DNA of 64,000 nt from Podarcis bocagei (GCA_964188305.1 OZ076885.1), one strand, 5' to 3'. Numbered from the stretch's first letter, positions 1-12,726 are shown. Notes: generated from the letters alone by a model not told the origin. Numbers and translations: made by a program.

Positions 1-315
1 AAGCTTTAGCAACTAATCCACACCTAATGACCCTCCTAAGTGGTACTCAGAATATCACTCAAGAAATCACTCAAGATATCCCTCAGGTAATTAATGAACA
101 AAAGAAGAAAAGACACACTAACCTGGGAACTTCCTCTCTGCCCAGAACGTTGGAGGCTATACACCACACCCCCTCAACAGTATTTATAGGAACTCAAACA
201 CTGAGATCCTGCTCTGTTCCAGTAACAAGAAGCCGAAAGCACCAGCCTGAAGATGACGAGTGAGACCTCGTCGAAACGTCGCCTAGACACCCCAACTCTT
301 ACACGGGAAGACACC

Positions 316-503
316 NNNNNNNNNNNNNNNNNNNNNNNNNNNNNNNNNNNNNNNNNNNNNNNNNNNNNNNNNNNNNNNNNNNNNNNNNNNNNNNNNNNNN
401 NNNNNNNNNNNNNNNNNNNNNNNNNNNNNNNNNNNNNNNNNNNNNNNNNNNNNNNNNNNNNNNNNNNNNNNNNNNNNNNNNNNNNNNNNNNNNNNNNNNN
501 NNN
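316..503. other. Assembly gap (188 N)
   Basis: Run of N inside the repeat array. Confidence 1.
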
Positions 504-975
504 GGTACAGGAATGCAGGTTTTGGTGTCTTCGGGTGTCTTCCCGTGTAAGAGTTGGGGTGTCTAGGCGACGTTTCGACGAGGTCTCACTCGTCATCTTC
601 AGGCTGGTGCTTGTTCCAGTAACAAGAAGCCGAAAGCACCAGCCTGAAGATGACGAGTGAGACCTCGTCGAAACGTCGCCTAGACACCCCAACTCTTACA
701 CGGGAAGACACCCGAAGACACCAAAACCTGCATATATATATATATATATATATTTGCTTTCGTAGATTTTCACGGGTACAGGAATGCAGGTTTTGGTGTC
801 TTCGGGTGTCTTCCCGTGTAAGAGTTGGGGTGTCTAGGCGACGTTTCGACGAGGTCTCACTCGTCATCTTCAGGCTGGTGCTTTCGGCTTCTTGTTACTG
901 GAACAGAGCAGGATCTCAGTGTTTTCAAACACTGAGATCCTGCTCTGTTCCAGTAACAAGAAGCCGAAAGCACCA

Positions 976-1013
976 GCCTGAAGATGACGAGTGAGACCTC
1001 GTCGAAACGTCGC
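976..1013 (+). ncRNA. Minimal hammerhead-ribozyme-like motif (identical copies 245-282 +, 567-604 -, 642-679 +, 838-875 -)
   Basis: gc-CUGAAGA-u-GACGAG[ugagac]CUCGUC-GAAAC-GUC-gc: conserved core, perfect 6-bp stem II, palindromic ACGU at stem III, only about 2 bp of stem I. Confidence 0.55.
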
Positions 1014-1063
1014 CTAGACACCCCAACTCTTACACGGGAAGACACCCGAAGACACCAAAACCT

Positions 1064-1067
<4 letters not shown>

Positions 1068-1111
<44 letters not shown>
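1068..1111. repeat. (TA)n microsatellite (another at about 732-753)
   Basis: Direct reading. Confidence 0.95.
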
Positions 1112-1114
<3 letters not shown>

Positions 1115-3524
1115 CACATTCTTCATTAGATAACTACCTTCTGTCTGTATTCACTGACAAGAAGTTTTTGCAAACCCCTTAAAGCAGAACTTTATCCTGG
1201 GTTAGTCAAGTCATTGGAAGTACAACCCCATACATGTCAACCATGAAGCCAAACTGAGTTCAAAGGCACTTCCTCTCAAATAAGTGGATGCAGGATTTCA
1301 TCCTCGTTATCTCACAGAAATCAAGAAGCCTTTTGCAAAGTTTGGGTGTGTCAGGTCAGCCCACCCACAGCACGAGACACTGAGCCGGGGCGAGGGCTGA
1401 TTTTGATACAATATTTTCTCTTCATACTGAAGTATCTGCTTAACCGGTATCTTAACTGGAAAAGTAACTTTTTAAAATTAATGGTGAAAGTTGTGATGTT
1501 CTTTGTCCCAAGACCCCATATTTCTTTCTGAAAAAAATGAAAGCATGCTATTTCCCTTTCAAAAACTGAGAGTCACATGCTAGTAGCCAAGCTCTGCAAA
1601 TCAAAGCAGTGGATTGGGCGGGGGGGGGACATTTCGGGGGGGGCCTGTTTTACTTCAACTTCCAAGGTAACTGTTCCAACTTTTTAAAATGTATTATATA
1701 AGGGGTTCAGTATATACTGTCAAAATGTCCTTGAATGCAAAACGCGGTCTAAGTTCTTTAGATTCCCACCTATCCCATCAGTTGCTCCACCACTGAAATC
1801 CTTCTCAGTGAGCCCTCTGAAGCACAAAGGACAGCTGCACCCCAGAAACTAGCCAGAGAAAGCAGGAAATATGATGATGGGACTTCAAGATCTGTTTCAG
1901 AATATGTTTAAAGTATCTTTAACAGGTATGTCAATTGGTTCTGAAAGCAGCCACCAGAGCAGCAGGAAAGTTATCCTCAACCCTCGAAAATGTTCCTAAC
2001 CTCACTCTCTTTCTTTTCTTTTTTGGATAATTTAATTCAAAAAACATTTATTCAGAAGTTACAATACAGTTGCAAAACATTTTCAGTCCCTATACCCCCT
2101 CACTCTTTAAAGTGGCCCAAAGCCCTTGTCCTCTTCCATGCAACTTGGCTCAGTCCACCCTGTGGTTCCCCCTCAGAAACGTATTTGCCTAGAAGAGACT
2201 TTCTACTCCCAATCCATATATTCCCCTTCCTCTTCCCAAATCGACGAGTGATTTTCGAGGGTTGGCTCTTTTTAGGTGATGTGTCATGCAGGCTAATGGG
2301 CTGCCATGCTAACTGAAGCCAAAGCAACATACAAAAGTGTCTGATGACAAGAAGGAAATACAACCAATGGCAGCTGGGTAGTTCTCTCCATCCATTTTAG
2401 TTGATTACTGTTATAGAAATTGTGACTCAACTGTCAGACTGCTAAAAGACGTGAGTTGCTCAAGTATCTGCAATAGTAAGAGAAGCAACAGTGAGACCTA
2501 GCATACCACCCTATGGGTGGAAGGGAGGAGCAATTTCACCAAACTGCTCTTAAATATAAAATTATCCAAAGCACTTTCACAAGTATGGTCATCTGGAACA
2601 GCACGGCTTGAACTATATCCTCTACTGGGAATGCCTGTCTGTGATGGATAAAACCACCTTTCTGCTGTCCCTGGAACATTATATGCTGGGCATTTGCTCA
2701 GTTTGTATGGATTCACCAGAGTAATGTTAATGTACAACCTGATACCTGTTATGGGGGTGAGGGGATGTTATATTTGTTGTTCTATATAAAAAGCCAATAT
2801 GAATTGTTTCTTTCAGAAAAGAAGGAAATGTTTGTATTAACTTTTTCTTGGAAAAATCCTCGATATTTATGAATGTATATTCCTGTGAAGTGCAGTCTAA
2901 CAGATAGACAACAGAAGTGGTTCTTAATTCCGATCATCTATTACGCAGTGATCTGAAGATCTTATATCTTATAATCAACAATATCACTTGGAAACCTATT
3001 TGGACACATGGATGTCATTTATTAATGTATGTGTTAAAACTAGGTTTGATAGTTATAATTTTTGATTGATTATTCTTATTGTTAATGGGTGCTGCTGGTG
3101 TTTTTTCGGTCTTTTCCCTCTTTCTTGTTCTTTTATTATATCTGCATTAAAAAAATCCACTAATAAAAATGGAGTGGGGTGGGGATTAGTTGCCCTGAAT
3201 GGAAGAAAGGGGTGTGAATGTAAGAAGCGGAGGTAATAGACAACCATACGAGGAATAAGCCTGGGGTTACAGAGTTTTAGATGAAGCAGCTCCTGTACTG
3301 ATGGTTGTAATGCACAATGTAAGAAAGGAGAAATAATTTCACAAGAATCTGAAAATAAGGGAAAGGTGCAGATTCAAGATAGAGGTGAAAGAAGCTGGAT
3401 GTGGCTGAAAGTCAAAAGGATGGAACTTGGTCCATTCAGTTCTCTGTATTTCCAAGCTTCACCTGGAAGCCCAAATCCCTGCTATCATAGGACAGTTGTA
3501 TTTTGAGGGCAACCACCAGGGCTC

Positions 3525-3632
3525 TGAGTTTGACTAAGCTGCGGGAGGCAATAGAAGACAGAAGTGCCTGGCGTGCTCTGGTCCATGGGGTCACAAAGAG
3601 TCGGACACGACTAAACGACTAAACAACAACAA
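3525..3632 (+). mobile_element. RTE-BovB LINE 3' end with 11-bp target-site duplication
   Basis: gtccatggggtcacaaagagtcggacacgactaaacgactaaac(aac)n; caccagggctc at 3514-3524 and 3633-3643. Confidence 0.85.
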
Positions 3633-3659
3633 CACCAGGGCTCGTTTTATATGGCCCTC

Positions 3660-5750
3660 CCTTGCCTGTGACATCTCAGGAGATTGGTTGCTTCATCCTA
3701 ACAACAGATAAAGCTCATGGGGAATATATGCTTTCGCAGGAAATATTTAAATTTAACTCCTCTTGGTTGGCACCCATTTTGGCTAAGTTGTTCTCTCATA
3801 TCAAGTGGACAGGGAACATTCCTGGTGGATGGTGGTCTAATATTATTGTTCCTCTGTAAAAAGAAAAAAGAAAAAAAGTGATCCTAAAAATCATAGCCCA
3901 GTTAGTCTCTTGGATACTGGGTCAAAAGTCTATGGAAGGTTTTTGTTGAATAAGCTTCAAACCTGGGCTGAGCAAAATGACATCTTAGCTGAAGAACAGG
4001 CTGGGACCCAAAGGAAAGGAAAGCGATAATTTGGGCAGAAGCTTGGCTGCAGGAGTTGCCAGAAGGGAAGGTATATAAAAACCAATAAAAGGAAAGCAGT
4101 AAGTTTAGTTTATGAAAGTCGTAAGAATCAACAACCAGCTACTTTGACAGTGTTTGATGCAGAAAAGTTACGACAGGGTGGAAAGAGAATTTTTTAATGG
4201 TGTTTTAAGTAAATTTGAAGTAGAAGAAAAAAGTCACTGTTGAATAACAGCATGTTATCATAAAGCAAGTACAAAACTATTAATAAATGGAACAATGCAG
4301 AAGTAAGTCTAGTTAGAAAGAGGGACCAGTGAGGAATGTCTATTTTTCATCTACATTTTTTGTTGTTTTTGTTGGGAATTTTGGCTTAGCTATAAGAAAT
4401 AAACCAGCAAGCAAAGGGAAAGTTAGATATGTCAAAAACTGAAAGTACTTAAGAGGGTGGTTCAGGAAACAGGAAGGTATCATGATATACGATAAATAGA
4501 TCCAAAACAGAATTTATTTGGTTTTGCTTAGAAGAGGACAAAGATACTATACAGAATTTGTTTGAAAGTAAAGTGGCATTAACACCTGTTTGATTTTATG
4601 GCATGTGGCTAACATCCAGTTTAGAGGATCTATATCCTCTCAGTTAATTTTGGTCTAGTTATAAAGACCGTTAAGAAGGTGTTTGTGATATAGAATAATT
4701 TAAATATCTCTTAGTTTGTAAGAATATCATTAGTGAATATGTGCATATTGCTGAAGTTGCTTTACCATTTTCAAAATCAACACATGAAAAGAGAACCCAA
4801 ATGGAAGTTCAGTTACAGTAAAAAAAAGGTGGGGTGGAGAGATATAATAGTTATGCAAATGTGATGTTAGATTGATTTTAATGATAATTGACTGTACTTG
4901 AGAATCTAAGAGCAACAATTGGCACACATCCCTCCTGGATGGTAAGTTTAAGGTAAGCAGGTCAAAGAAGTAGTACTTGTTCATAATCATGAGTTGATTG
5001 AAAAAGGGAATACCATAAAATTTCCAATATATCAATATTTTCAATCCATAAATTGGGCACAAGATAAAAGAATAAGGGAATAAATGTTAATGCAAGGAAA
5101 GTGACCTCTAACATGTAGAATTTACTGATAAACGTAAATCAATGGAAGAACATGCATTGTGATATACAGTCTACTGATCTAAATAAGGAAACAGTGAGAT
5201 TGTGGGAATATATACGGGAGAAGAGTGTGTGGAAGACATTAAACATAAATTAATTGGAAAATTCAAATGAAACAATAGCCAGATGGTACATGACTTCATG
5301 GAGGATGAAACATACTTAGTTAGAAGGCAAAATGAAAAGCTGGAGATATAAATATCACAAGACAGATATGATGCAAATTCAGTGCAAATATCCAGTTATT
5401 CATAGGTGCAGATGGTAGCAACTTTTAAGGAAATAACAAGGACAGAAGTCCTGTTGGATCCTACCAGAATTCTATTGGGATTTATAAACGGAATTGGATC
5501 AGAAACAGAAAAAATGAATTTGTATTTATCAATAGCAAAAATATTAGCAGCTCAATACTGGGGCGGGGGTGGGGCGGAGAACGTAGCAAAGGTAATAGAA
5601 TGGGAAATTGTGTTGGACTCTATTCAACTGTTGTTGGCATCTGTCTCGGGAGACAATGAAAGAATGTGCCTTCATGGATAAAGTCAAACGCCCGGAGAGT
5701 TATAGCACCTGCTGTGGTTGCATTTAAATCCATGAAATGAACATACCGAA
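3660..5750 (+). mobile_element. Degraded LINE reverse-transcriptase remnants, probably more than one element (partly L1/Tx1-like)
   Basis: Broken RT-like peptides IIVPL...DPKNHSPVSLLDTGSKV...ILAEEQAG and FDAEK; A-rich plus strand; many stops. Confidence 0.4.
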
Positions 5751-6416
5751 AGACAAGTGGGAAAACGGTAGAAAAAGGTGATTGAAAGCAGGAAAAGATG
5801 TTGGAATAGTTCTACTTTGATAAATTTCATTCTGTTTCTCACCCAGTATGTTTATGGATTTAAAGTCCAACAAAATTTCCTATTCCATGACCTTTTGCTA
5901 CTTTTACCTTTTTAGATACTACAGTAAGGACACTATTTTAGGTACACTGAAGTACATTAATTTAAAACTGGTCTTTTTGATGCACTAATCAGATTTGGGG
6001 ATTATTAATATGTGTTTTTACTATTGATAAGGCTGCATCCTGTGGCTCTTGGGAGGGCAACGGATACATCAGCTCCCCCCACAAAAACATTTGCAGCCAT
6101 GCCAGCACCAGAGACACAGTCTTGGTAGGGCCAAGAAAAAGGGCGTGACACCCCTTGATATATTATAATTCAGTGGTTTCACATTTCACAGCAAGAAGCT
6201 CAAGGCAATCACCTGGGGAATGTACCGAGGCCAAAGATTTTTAGCACATTCTGTGTGTCAATTGGCTTATCAATCCCAGGATGTCTGTGTCGTCCAGCAA
6301 CTGTTTTTTTTAATTACATAATTATCACTGCCTATATTTCATTTCCCTCTGACTTCATTGCTTACAAACCTCACTTCCCCAAATGAAGTTACCTGTAACT
6401 CAGGATAACACTTCAT

Positions 6417-6495
6417 GCATTTGATGAAGGGGACTGCAGTCCATGAAAGCTTATGCCATGCGACATTTGTTAGTCCTTAAGGTGTCACAAGGCTG
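6417..6495 (+). mobile_element. Short Penelope-derived element with degenerate hammerhead motif
   Basis: gcat-TTGATGA-ag-GGGAC tgca GTCC-at-GAAAGCTT-atgc followed by the family tail ttgttagtccttaaggtgtcacaag. Confidence 0.6.
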
Positions 6496-7105
6496 TTTCT
6501 TGTTTCTGATTTACTAAAGTAATGTGTATTCTTTATTAGACCTTCCTGTTTCAGTATTTGATATTGCACAGTAGATCGCCCCCAGTCTGCTGCCAAATCG
6601 TAGGATTTGGGGTTATTAACAACAAAGAAAAAATGTTGGATTTGGAATAATTTTTCTGATAACAGCAAAAAGAAAATGTATAGCTGAACTGCATCTTATG
6701 TGTACAGAATCATAGAATTGTAGAGTTGGAAGGGAAGTCCAACCCCTGCAATGCAGGGATCCATGTAGTTCCATGATTGCTTTTGGAGACATTTTTCTTT
6801 GCTACAGTGCAGATGGCTTGTATTTTTCTACTATTCTTACATAACAGCCCTCTAACAGGCAGTATCTGTGAAGATCACAAAGCAATCAAAAAACAAAACA
6901 TTAAAATACAGTATAAAACATTAAAAATGATAGAGAATTGATTAAAAAACTGAAGCACAATTAAAACACACTTTAAAACTTAATTTAAAGGTGAGAGGCC
7001 CAGTTTTACCCCACTCACATTGCTTTTACCATCTTCATAAAAAGAATACTGAAGCTTTTTCATAACACGGCTGCTTTTACCACCAAGGGGAAAAAGAAAG
7101 AAGTA

Positions 7106-7302
7106 CAGGAAACCCACCATTTACGCAGTTCAACATGTGCTCAACCATGCACGCGCGCATTGTGTCAAACCCAAAAGTGACCCAAAAACCTCACAGAAAG
7201 GGGCAGAGTGGAATGGGGTGTTTGCATATATTTGAAACATCATTGGAATTTCATTTAAATGTGCCTTGGTATGTAACCTCCACGTAAATGGGGGGTTGCC
7301 TG
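7106..7302. mobile_element. Tc1/mariner (Tigger/pogo-like) MITE
   Basis: TA-flanked; TIRs CAGGAAACCCACCATTTACG / CGTAAATGGGGGGTTGCCTG (18/20 match). Confidence 0.75.
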
Positions 7303-7864
7303 TAGCCACATCTTTTCCTCTGCAGTGCTAAAAGCAGCTGAGGCAGGAATGATATTCGTCAAGAAGGCAGCACAAGGGTTAAGAAGCTCCTGTCCTATGG
7401 CAGTGTCCCTCTTTGAATTGCTGTCTCAGTAGCTGAATTGCCGCTTTTTAAAGGACTCGTGCAGGAGCGGCAGGTGCAGTGGGGCAGCAACACACCAAGA
7501 AGGGAGGGGTGGCAAGGCTGGGACTGTGGGGCACATGGGCAGAATCAACCTGGCCCTCCTGCCAACCTTGCCACTGCCTGGGCCCACTCCTGCCCTATCC
7601 AGTAAAGCATCCAATATGGCACTGTTGAGAAGCAGGTGGAAAAATCCAAACCCTTAATAATATTGCTACATATTTCCCTAATAAGGCACAGAGGTACATA
7701 GCCATAAGCAAGGACAGCACTGGGCGCTCCAAGTCGATGGTTTTAACTATCTAACTGCCCCGAATTGTGGCCTAAGTCAAGAACCCTCATTACATGGATT
7801 CCAAGTCTTTCCTGAACGCCCTATTTATATTTGAGGTAGATCTCTCGTTAACAAAAGGCAATGA

Positions 7865-8295
7865 GTAAAAACAGGGGTGTGCAGACAAACTCAGCTATCA
7901 AGGTGCCAGTATATGGGCCCATCTTCATACCTTTTCATGATTAGCACAAAGGTCTGTAGAGGAATTTTACGCATGTCCAAATGAACGCACTTCGAAACCC
8001 TCCCACAAGTGGGACCCTGTCTTATCTGACCTAGGAATGACCTCATCTTCAGACCTTTGCCCAATTGGTCCAAAGGTCTGAAGGGGTTTTTGAAGCAGAT
8101 TCAGTTGAATAGACTGCGAAACTCTCCCATGGACGGAAAGCCAGTGTTATCTGGGAGAGTCTCTAAGTGTGCTCAAATGAAAGCATTTCCAAACCCTCTC
8201 CAGACCTTTGCACTAGTGCAAAGACCTAAAGACCAACCTGCACGTTGGAGACATTGGGGTGGACCTTATATATGTGCCCCTGACCCTGTTTTTAC
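7865..8295. repeat. Old ~430-bp fold-back (palindromic) element
   Basis: Terminal gtaaaaacaggg/ccctgtttttac and central cttcagacctttg/caaaggtctgaag; ORFs 7891..8073(-) and 8057..8314(+) translate to similar peptides. Confidence 0.75.
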
Positions 8296-8386
8296 ACATT
8301 GTGGGTTCAGGTGAATGCAATTTGCAAAATTTTGAAAATATACCAGAAGTGGAAGAGGTGTTGTTTATTTTTTATTACATACATAC

Positions 8387-8568
8387 CACTGAGTAAAGGT
8401 CTGTTGAGTATATAGAGAGGGGGTAAATCTTCTATCTCTGCTATTCGCTGGTATACTGCTCTGGATAGATGGTCTCCATGGTACAAGCTCCCCAAGATAA
8501 TGCTAGAGAAGTAAATTGGCTCAACAAAGAGGGTAAGTAATGCTCCTTGAATACCAAGCACGTTCCAT
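8387..8568 (-). CDS. ADARB1: ADARB1 exon (182 nt), deaminase domain, includes PPLY motif; last ADARB1 exon found in the window
   Basis: tttag|ATGGAAC...CAGTG|gtatgt; [60 protein letters not shown]. No downstream ISNAEARQPGK-type exon was found in 1-8386. Confidence 0.97.
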
Positions 8569-10519
8569 CTAAAGGGAAACAAATGACACCATTTTGAATT
8601 AGGCCTACAAACAAAACAAAAAAAATATGAGTGACTATAGGAGAGTGGGGCAGATACCCTGCAAAAATGGTGGTGGCACCAGATGTGTCAGGGTGAGCTT
8701 CCTACCCTAGCTGTGCTTCACTGTGTCTAAGGGCAAGAGAATCTCCTTTGAAGCCTAGCGAAGGTAGCTGAGTGACAACAAACAGTGCTAAAGGGCCATC
8801 ATTCTGCAACTCACATAGAGCCTACAGACTGTTCTAAGCCAAGGCTTAGAAAACAGCAGCATCCTCCCTCTGACAGAAGAGGCAGAGGGAGGATTTGCTT
8901 CTACGTTTTAAAACACTAGCAGATCTTTAAAATAATTAAAAACCAGTAGACCTCAATGGATAAGAAAAATAGCCATTTGGGAGATGCTGAAAGGTCATCA
9001 CAGGTGAAAGAAATAGGTGATTCTAGCACAAGTGCTGTAAGGGCCCAATGTCCCCTTGGCTTTCCTGTTTAGAATATCTGCTGTTCTATTCATTTGAGTA
9101 TCAGGGTTCAAATCCCCACTCAGTATTGCATTCCAATTGATGCACAATCATTTGCAGGAATTGCACTGGCCCAGTGACTATAAATTGAGCCCATCACAAC
9201 CACTTCCCTGTTTATATATCCTTTGACAAAAATAAAGCCCCATGTTAAGCTTTCAGAACATTGTGATGTGCAAACCACATGCCACCCCACATCCCAGATT
9301 TCAATGTTCCCAGGGCCCTATACCATTCCCCCACTCCCACTGTATACAGTTCTGGGTGTTTTCCACCTTTCTGACACCCACCAGCTAAGTTTCCTGAGTG
9401 AATACTACATTTGCATTGCTCTTTTAGTCACTTTCCAGCTCAGTCTCTGCTCTACGGTCATGGCTAGACACCTCACATTTATATTTAACTAAAACATTTT
9501 AATGTTTCAATACAGTAAACAAAAACAAATAAACAATGCAAGCCACTGTCCCTCCAACATTTGTCCACTGCATTTTGAGAAAAGACATTTGCTTTCATAT
9601 AACACGGCATACACCCACTGAGTAGTTCTCTTTCTTTATTCTCTCCCACTGAAACTCCTTAACTCCCAAACAAACTCAAACCAATAACATATCCGTCCTC
9701 CCTCCGCCCCATCTCCCTCTGCCTTCAGGTGACATTCCCACAGGGAGACCTACATGGAGAGGATATATCTCTTCTCCCAACATTTTAGCCTATCAATACT
9801 AAACTCAAGTGTTTTCAGTCACACCTTAATCCCAAATGTATAAGTGAAAGATAACTGCAAACTCAGCATTGCCCAAGCAGTAAAGCTTATCTGAGTTTTA
9901 TGCTCTTGTGCACATCCGTTTTCTATTTAACCATTTTGTCATGCCTAGTCACACTTTCCCCCACTGATGAGGTTGAAGCTGGGCAAAAACGGAGCAAGTC
10001 TGCAAACTTTCTGAATACAGCACCCAGGCCCCTCTGAAGGGGAAAGGGCAGGTACTCTTGCTCTGGGCCTGGGAGGGCTAAGCTGCTTGGGGGCCTTTGC
10101 CAGGCTGCTTTTGAGTTTGAGTTAAGCACTAGATTACACTGCCTCTCAATATTAACTTCATTGTAGACACAATACCTTCTTTATATTGGAAAAAACCTTT
10201 AGAGAAGTTTCTTCTAGGCATATATAGCTTAAACACATGAATACAAGTACTCAGAGGCTCAAAAGGAAATCTCAGTGCTGCACTAGCTTTATTTCCCTTG
10301 TCCTCTTAGTCCTTTTTCACTCCCCTCCATGTCCCACACTGTCCTCTGTGTTCTTTCTGTCCCTCTGTTCCCTACTGTGCATGAAAGACAAAATAAATGA
10401 GGGAGCTATAGGATGAGGTATGGTGCATAATTCACTGGCCAAGGTTCTCTGATTGATTTATCACTCTCAGGGATTGCCAGGTGTAAAACAAGACAATTTT
10501 TCTCTAAATAATATAAAGC

Positions 10520-10600
10520 AGCACAATCCTAACTATGTCTACTCAGATGTAAATCCCATGCACATCAATGGTGCTTACTCCCATGTAAGTGGGGTTAGGC
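10520..10600. repeat. Short semi-palindromic interspersed repeat (similar copies near 27940-28070, 31390-31500, 39240-39320, 44030-44110)
   Basis: Recurrent caatcct...tactcag..gtaa.tccca....tcaatgg..cttactc...gtaagtg..ttagg pattern; family not identified. Confidence 0.45.
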
Positions 10601-11815
10601 TCCCATCCTTACTGTGCTAAATATCCGGAAAATCCAGCAAGCTTTGCTCTACAATCCTCTGCATCATTTTAATGCTTGTGGGGCTGGTTCAGGTTGCTAA
10701 CATTCGTAATCCACACAACCAAGTGATTTGTGTTCTTGCTTCCAGAAACAAGGTGCCCCCCCCCCTAAAGCAAAATATTGCCCTTGCAAGAATATACCTA
10801 GTTGTTTGCTAAAATGGTACTTTCCCAGTTGGGTGCATGTGTAAAGCAACAATTTTTTTGTTTTAGAAAAGTGATTCACACTAAAGCTTGCTAATGGCGA
10901 AAAGGTCATGAAAGTGCTTTAAGCCCGTCCTCGTGTGCTGCACTGACTGGCCCAATTCAGGAGGCTGCTACCTGAAAAAACACCTCTTCTGGTGAGTGGA
11001 CTGGACTTTAAGGGCATCTTCACAGACTCTCCTCAGTGCCCCCTCCTGCTGAATTTGGAGAATGGCAACAAGGGGAACAGCAGTTTGCCTGCTTTACTAG
11101 ACACGTGAAAACTTTCCCTCAAAGTGTTTTTAGCTGTAGTTTTAAGAGTAGCTGCTTTCACAGTCGGTGCTTTTATTATTCTCAATGGGGATTTTCTGTT
11201 CATTTAACCTTCTGTTTAAATTGGAATTTTGTTAATTAATGCAGTTTCAGTATTTGCATCTCGTAGTACTATATGCTGTGCTTTAATTGTAAGTGACCTA
11301 GAAGTATCTTGTGTTAAGTAACATCTACATTTAACAAAGAACAACGATAAATAGTTAAGTAAGAAAAGGCATGAACTCAGCCCTTTGTTGCTATCTTGAG
11401 TTTGTTTGCTTGGGGGGGGGGGTCACACTTCTCCCCAATCCAGTTGTATTGAAAACTTGGACCTGACAATCAATTTCATTTGGCAATTCTTACTTCTCTT
11501 CCTGGGGACACTTTTAACGCAACTTCTGTCTGAAGCAGGAAATAGTCTCTATGTGTTGTCTCTTTCCCCTCTTTCTTTCTTTCCAACCACTCCATTTAAT
11601 TTCCCCTCCCACCTAGCAGTCATGTTTTTTCCTTTCAGACTTTCTGTGCTATTGAGTCTCCAGTCGCCTAGGGGGGTTTCCTCCTCTCTAGGGTGTTTTG
11701 TTTTTTTGCTTTAAGAGGTGCCAAGTAAGGTGTCTGATGACATCCTGACCCCCATGGTGTCACACTGACCTGGGGACCCTCCATCTAGCAATATGGAAGT
11801 TGGACAGAGGAGAAA

Positions 11816-12014
11816 CAAAATAAAAAAAATTCCTTCCAGTAGCACCTTAAAGACCAACTAAGTTAGTTCTTGGTATGAGCTTTCGTGTGCATGCACACTT
11901 CTTCAGATACACCCGAAAGCTCATACCAAGAACTAACTTAGTTGGTCTTTAAGGTGCTACTGGAAGGAATTTTTTTTATTTTGACTATGGCAGACCAACA
12001 CGGCTACCTATCTG
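11816..12014. mobile_element. Penelope-derived element with perfect 70-bp inverted repeat (11816-11885 / 11914-11983)
   Basis: The arms are exact reverse complements by reading. Shares the tail ttagttggtctttaaggtgctac with the elements at 6417 and 26800. Confidence 0.75.
11873..11910 (-). ncRNA. Minimal type I hammerhead-ribozyme motif, sense to ADARB1 pre-mRNA
   Basis: GUAU-CUGAAGA-a-GUGUG[caug]CACAC-GAAAG-CUC-AUAC: intact core, 4-bp stem I, stem II of at least 5 bp, palindromic AGCU at stem III. Confidence 0.65.
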
Positions 12015-12034
12015 TAAGAGGAGAAACAGTTTAC

Positions 12035-12203
12035 CTGGCTATCTTATCACTGCACGACATAGTAAGCAATCTTTCTCCCTGTAGGACTCCATCCCACGTC
12101 TGGATTGTAGTTGTAGATCTGACAGGGATTGTTCCTTCCCCAGATTCGATTTTCGTCCGTAGCTGTCCTCTTGCTTTCCGGTTTGGATGTCTGTCTCCCT
12201 GAT
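12035..12203 (-). CDS. ADARB1: ADARB1 exon (169 nt) with base-flipping GEG loop and SCSDK zinc ligand
   Basis: cttag|ATCAG...GCCAG|gtaaa; [25 protein letters not shown]...[12 protein letters not shown] (ORF 12031..12231). Confidence 0.97.
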
Positions 12204-12726
12204 CTAAGTGACAAAAGCAACCACTGTTCATGCAAGGAAAAACTATGCTTTCTAAGAAAATTCAGCCCTGTTTTCCATTACTCATTTGGGACGACAGCAG
12301 TTAGGAAAAAAGTGGTGTGAACTAAAAAAAAAAACTTCTAGAGTGCTTCATTTATAGAAAATCACGTCCAATACTTTTTTGCAAGGCTTATTTCACACTG
12401 TTCTACATGGTACAACCTTTTATTTATTTTAACAGAATATCCCATTTTCAAACTGAAATTTCCAATATGGCTTACAAGCAACAATAAAGCCATGATGAAA
12501 TGATCCATAGATGCATAACAAATTAATTCCTCCACAATCTTTGTAATGTATGAAGTGGAACTGAGGTGTTAGACCTCCTAGATAGTGTTGCTTTTATAAT
12601 ATGAAGAAAACTAAACAATTTAATTTTCAGTAAATAGCCAATCTAGATTTTCATAAACTACGAAAGCTATTTTCAATAAATTGTTTTCTCTCAAACACCC
12701 CCATTACTAGCTGAAACTTGTCTTAC

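Larger units (their letters stand above)
1..1065. mobile_element. Penelope-like retroelement terminal-repeat array: five copies in alternating orientation with (TA)n spacers
   Basis: A unit ...ccagcctgaagatgacgagtgagacctcgtcgaaacgtcg... recurs +,-,+,-,+. Inverted partial terminal repeats with a hammerhead-like core are typical of Penelope-like elements. Confidence 0.7.

Noticed and set aside
27-1126. Repeated MTSETSSKRRLDTP ORFs and a superficially CRISPR-like repeat array
   Set aside because: Products of an inverted-repeat array spanning an N gap; no unique spacers; vertebrate context.
1-8386. Final ADARB1 coding exons and stop codon
   Set aside because: No ISNAEARQPGKAPNFSVNW-like sequence found by eye; presumed outside the window or in the gap, so not called as gene truncation.
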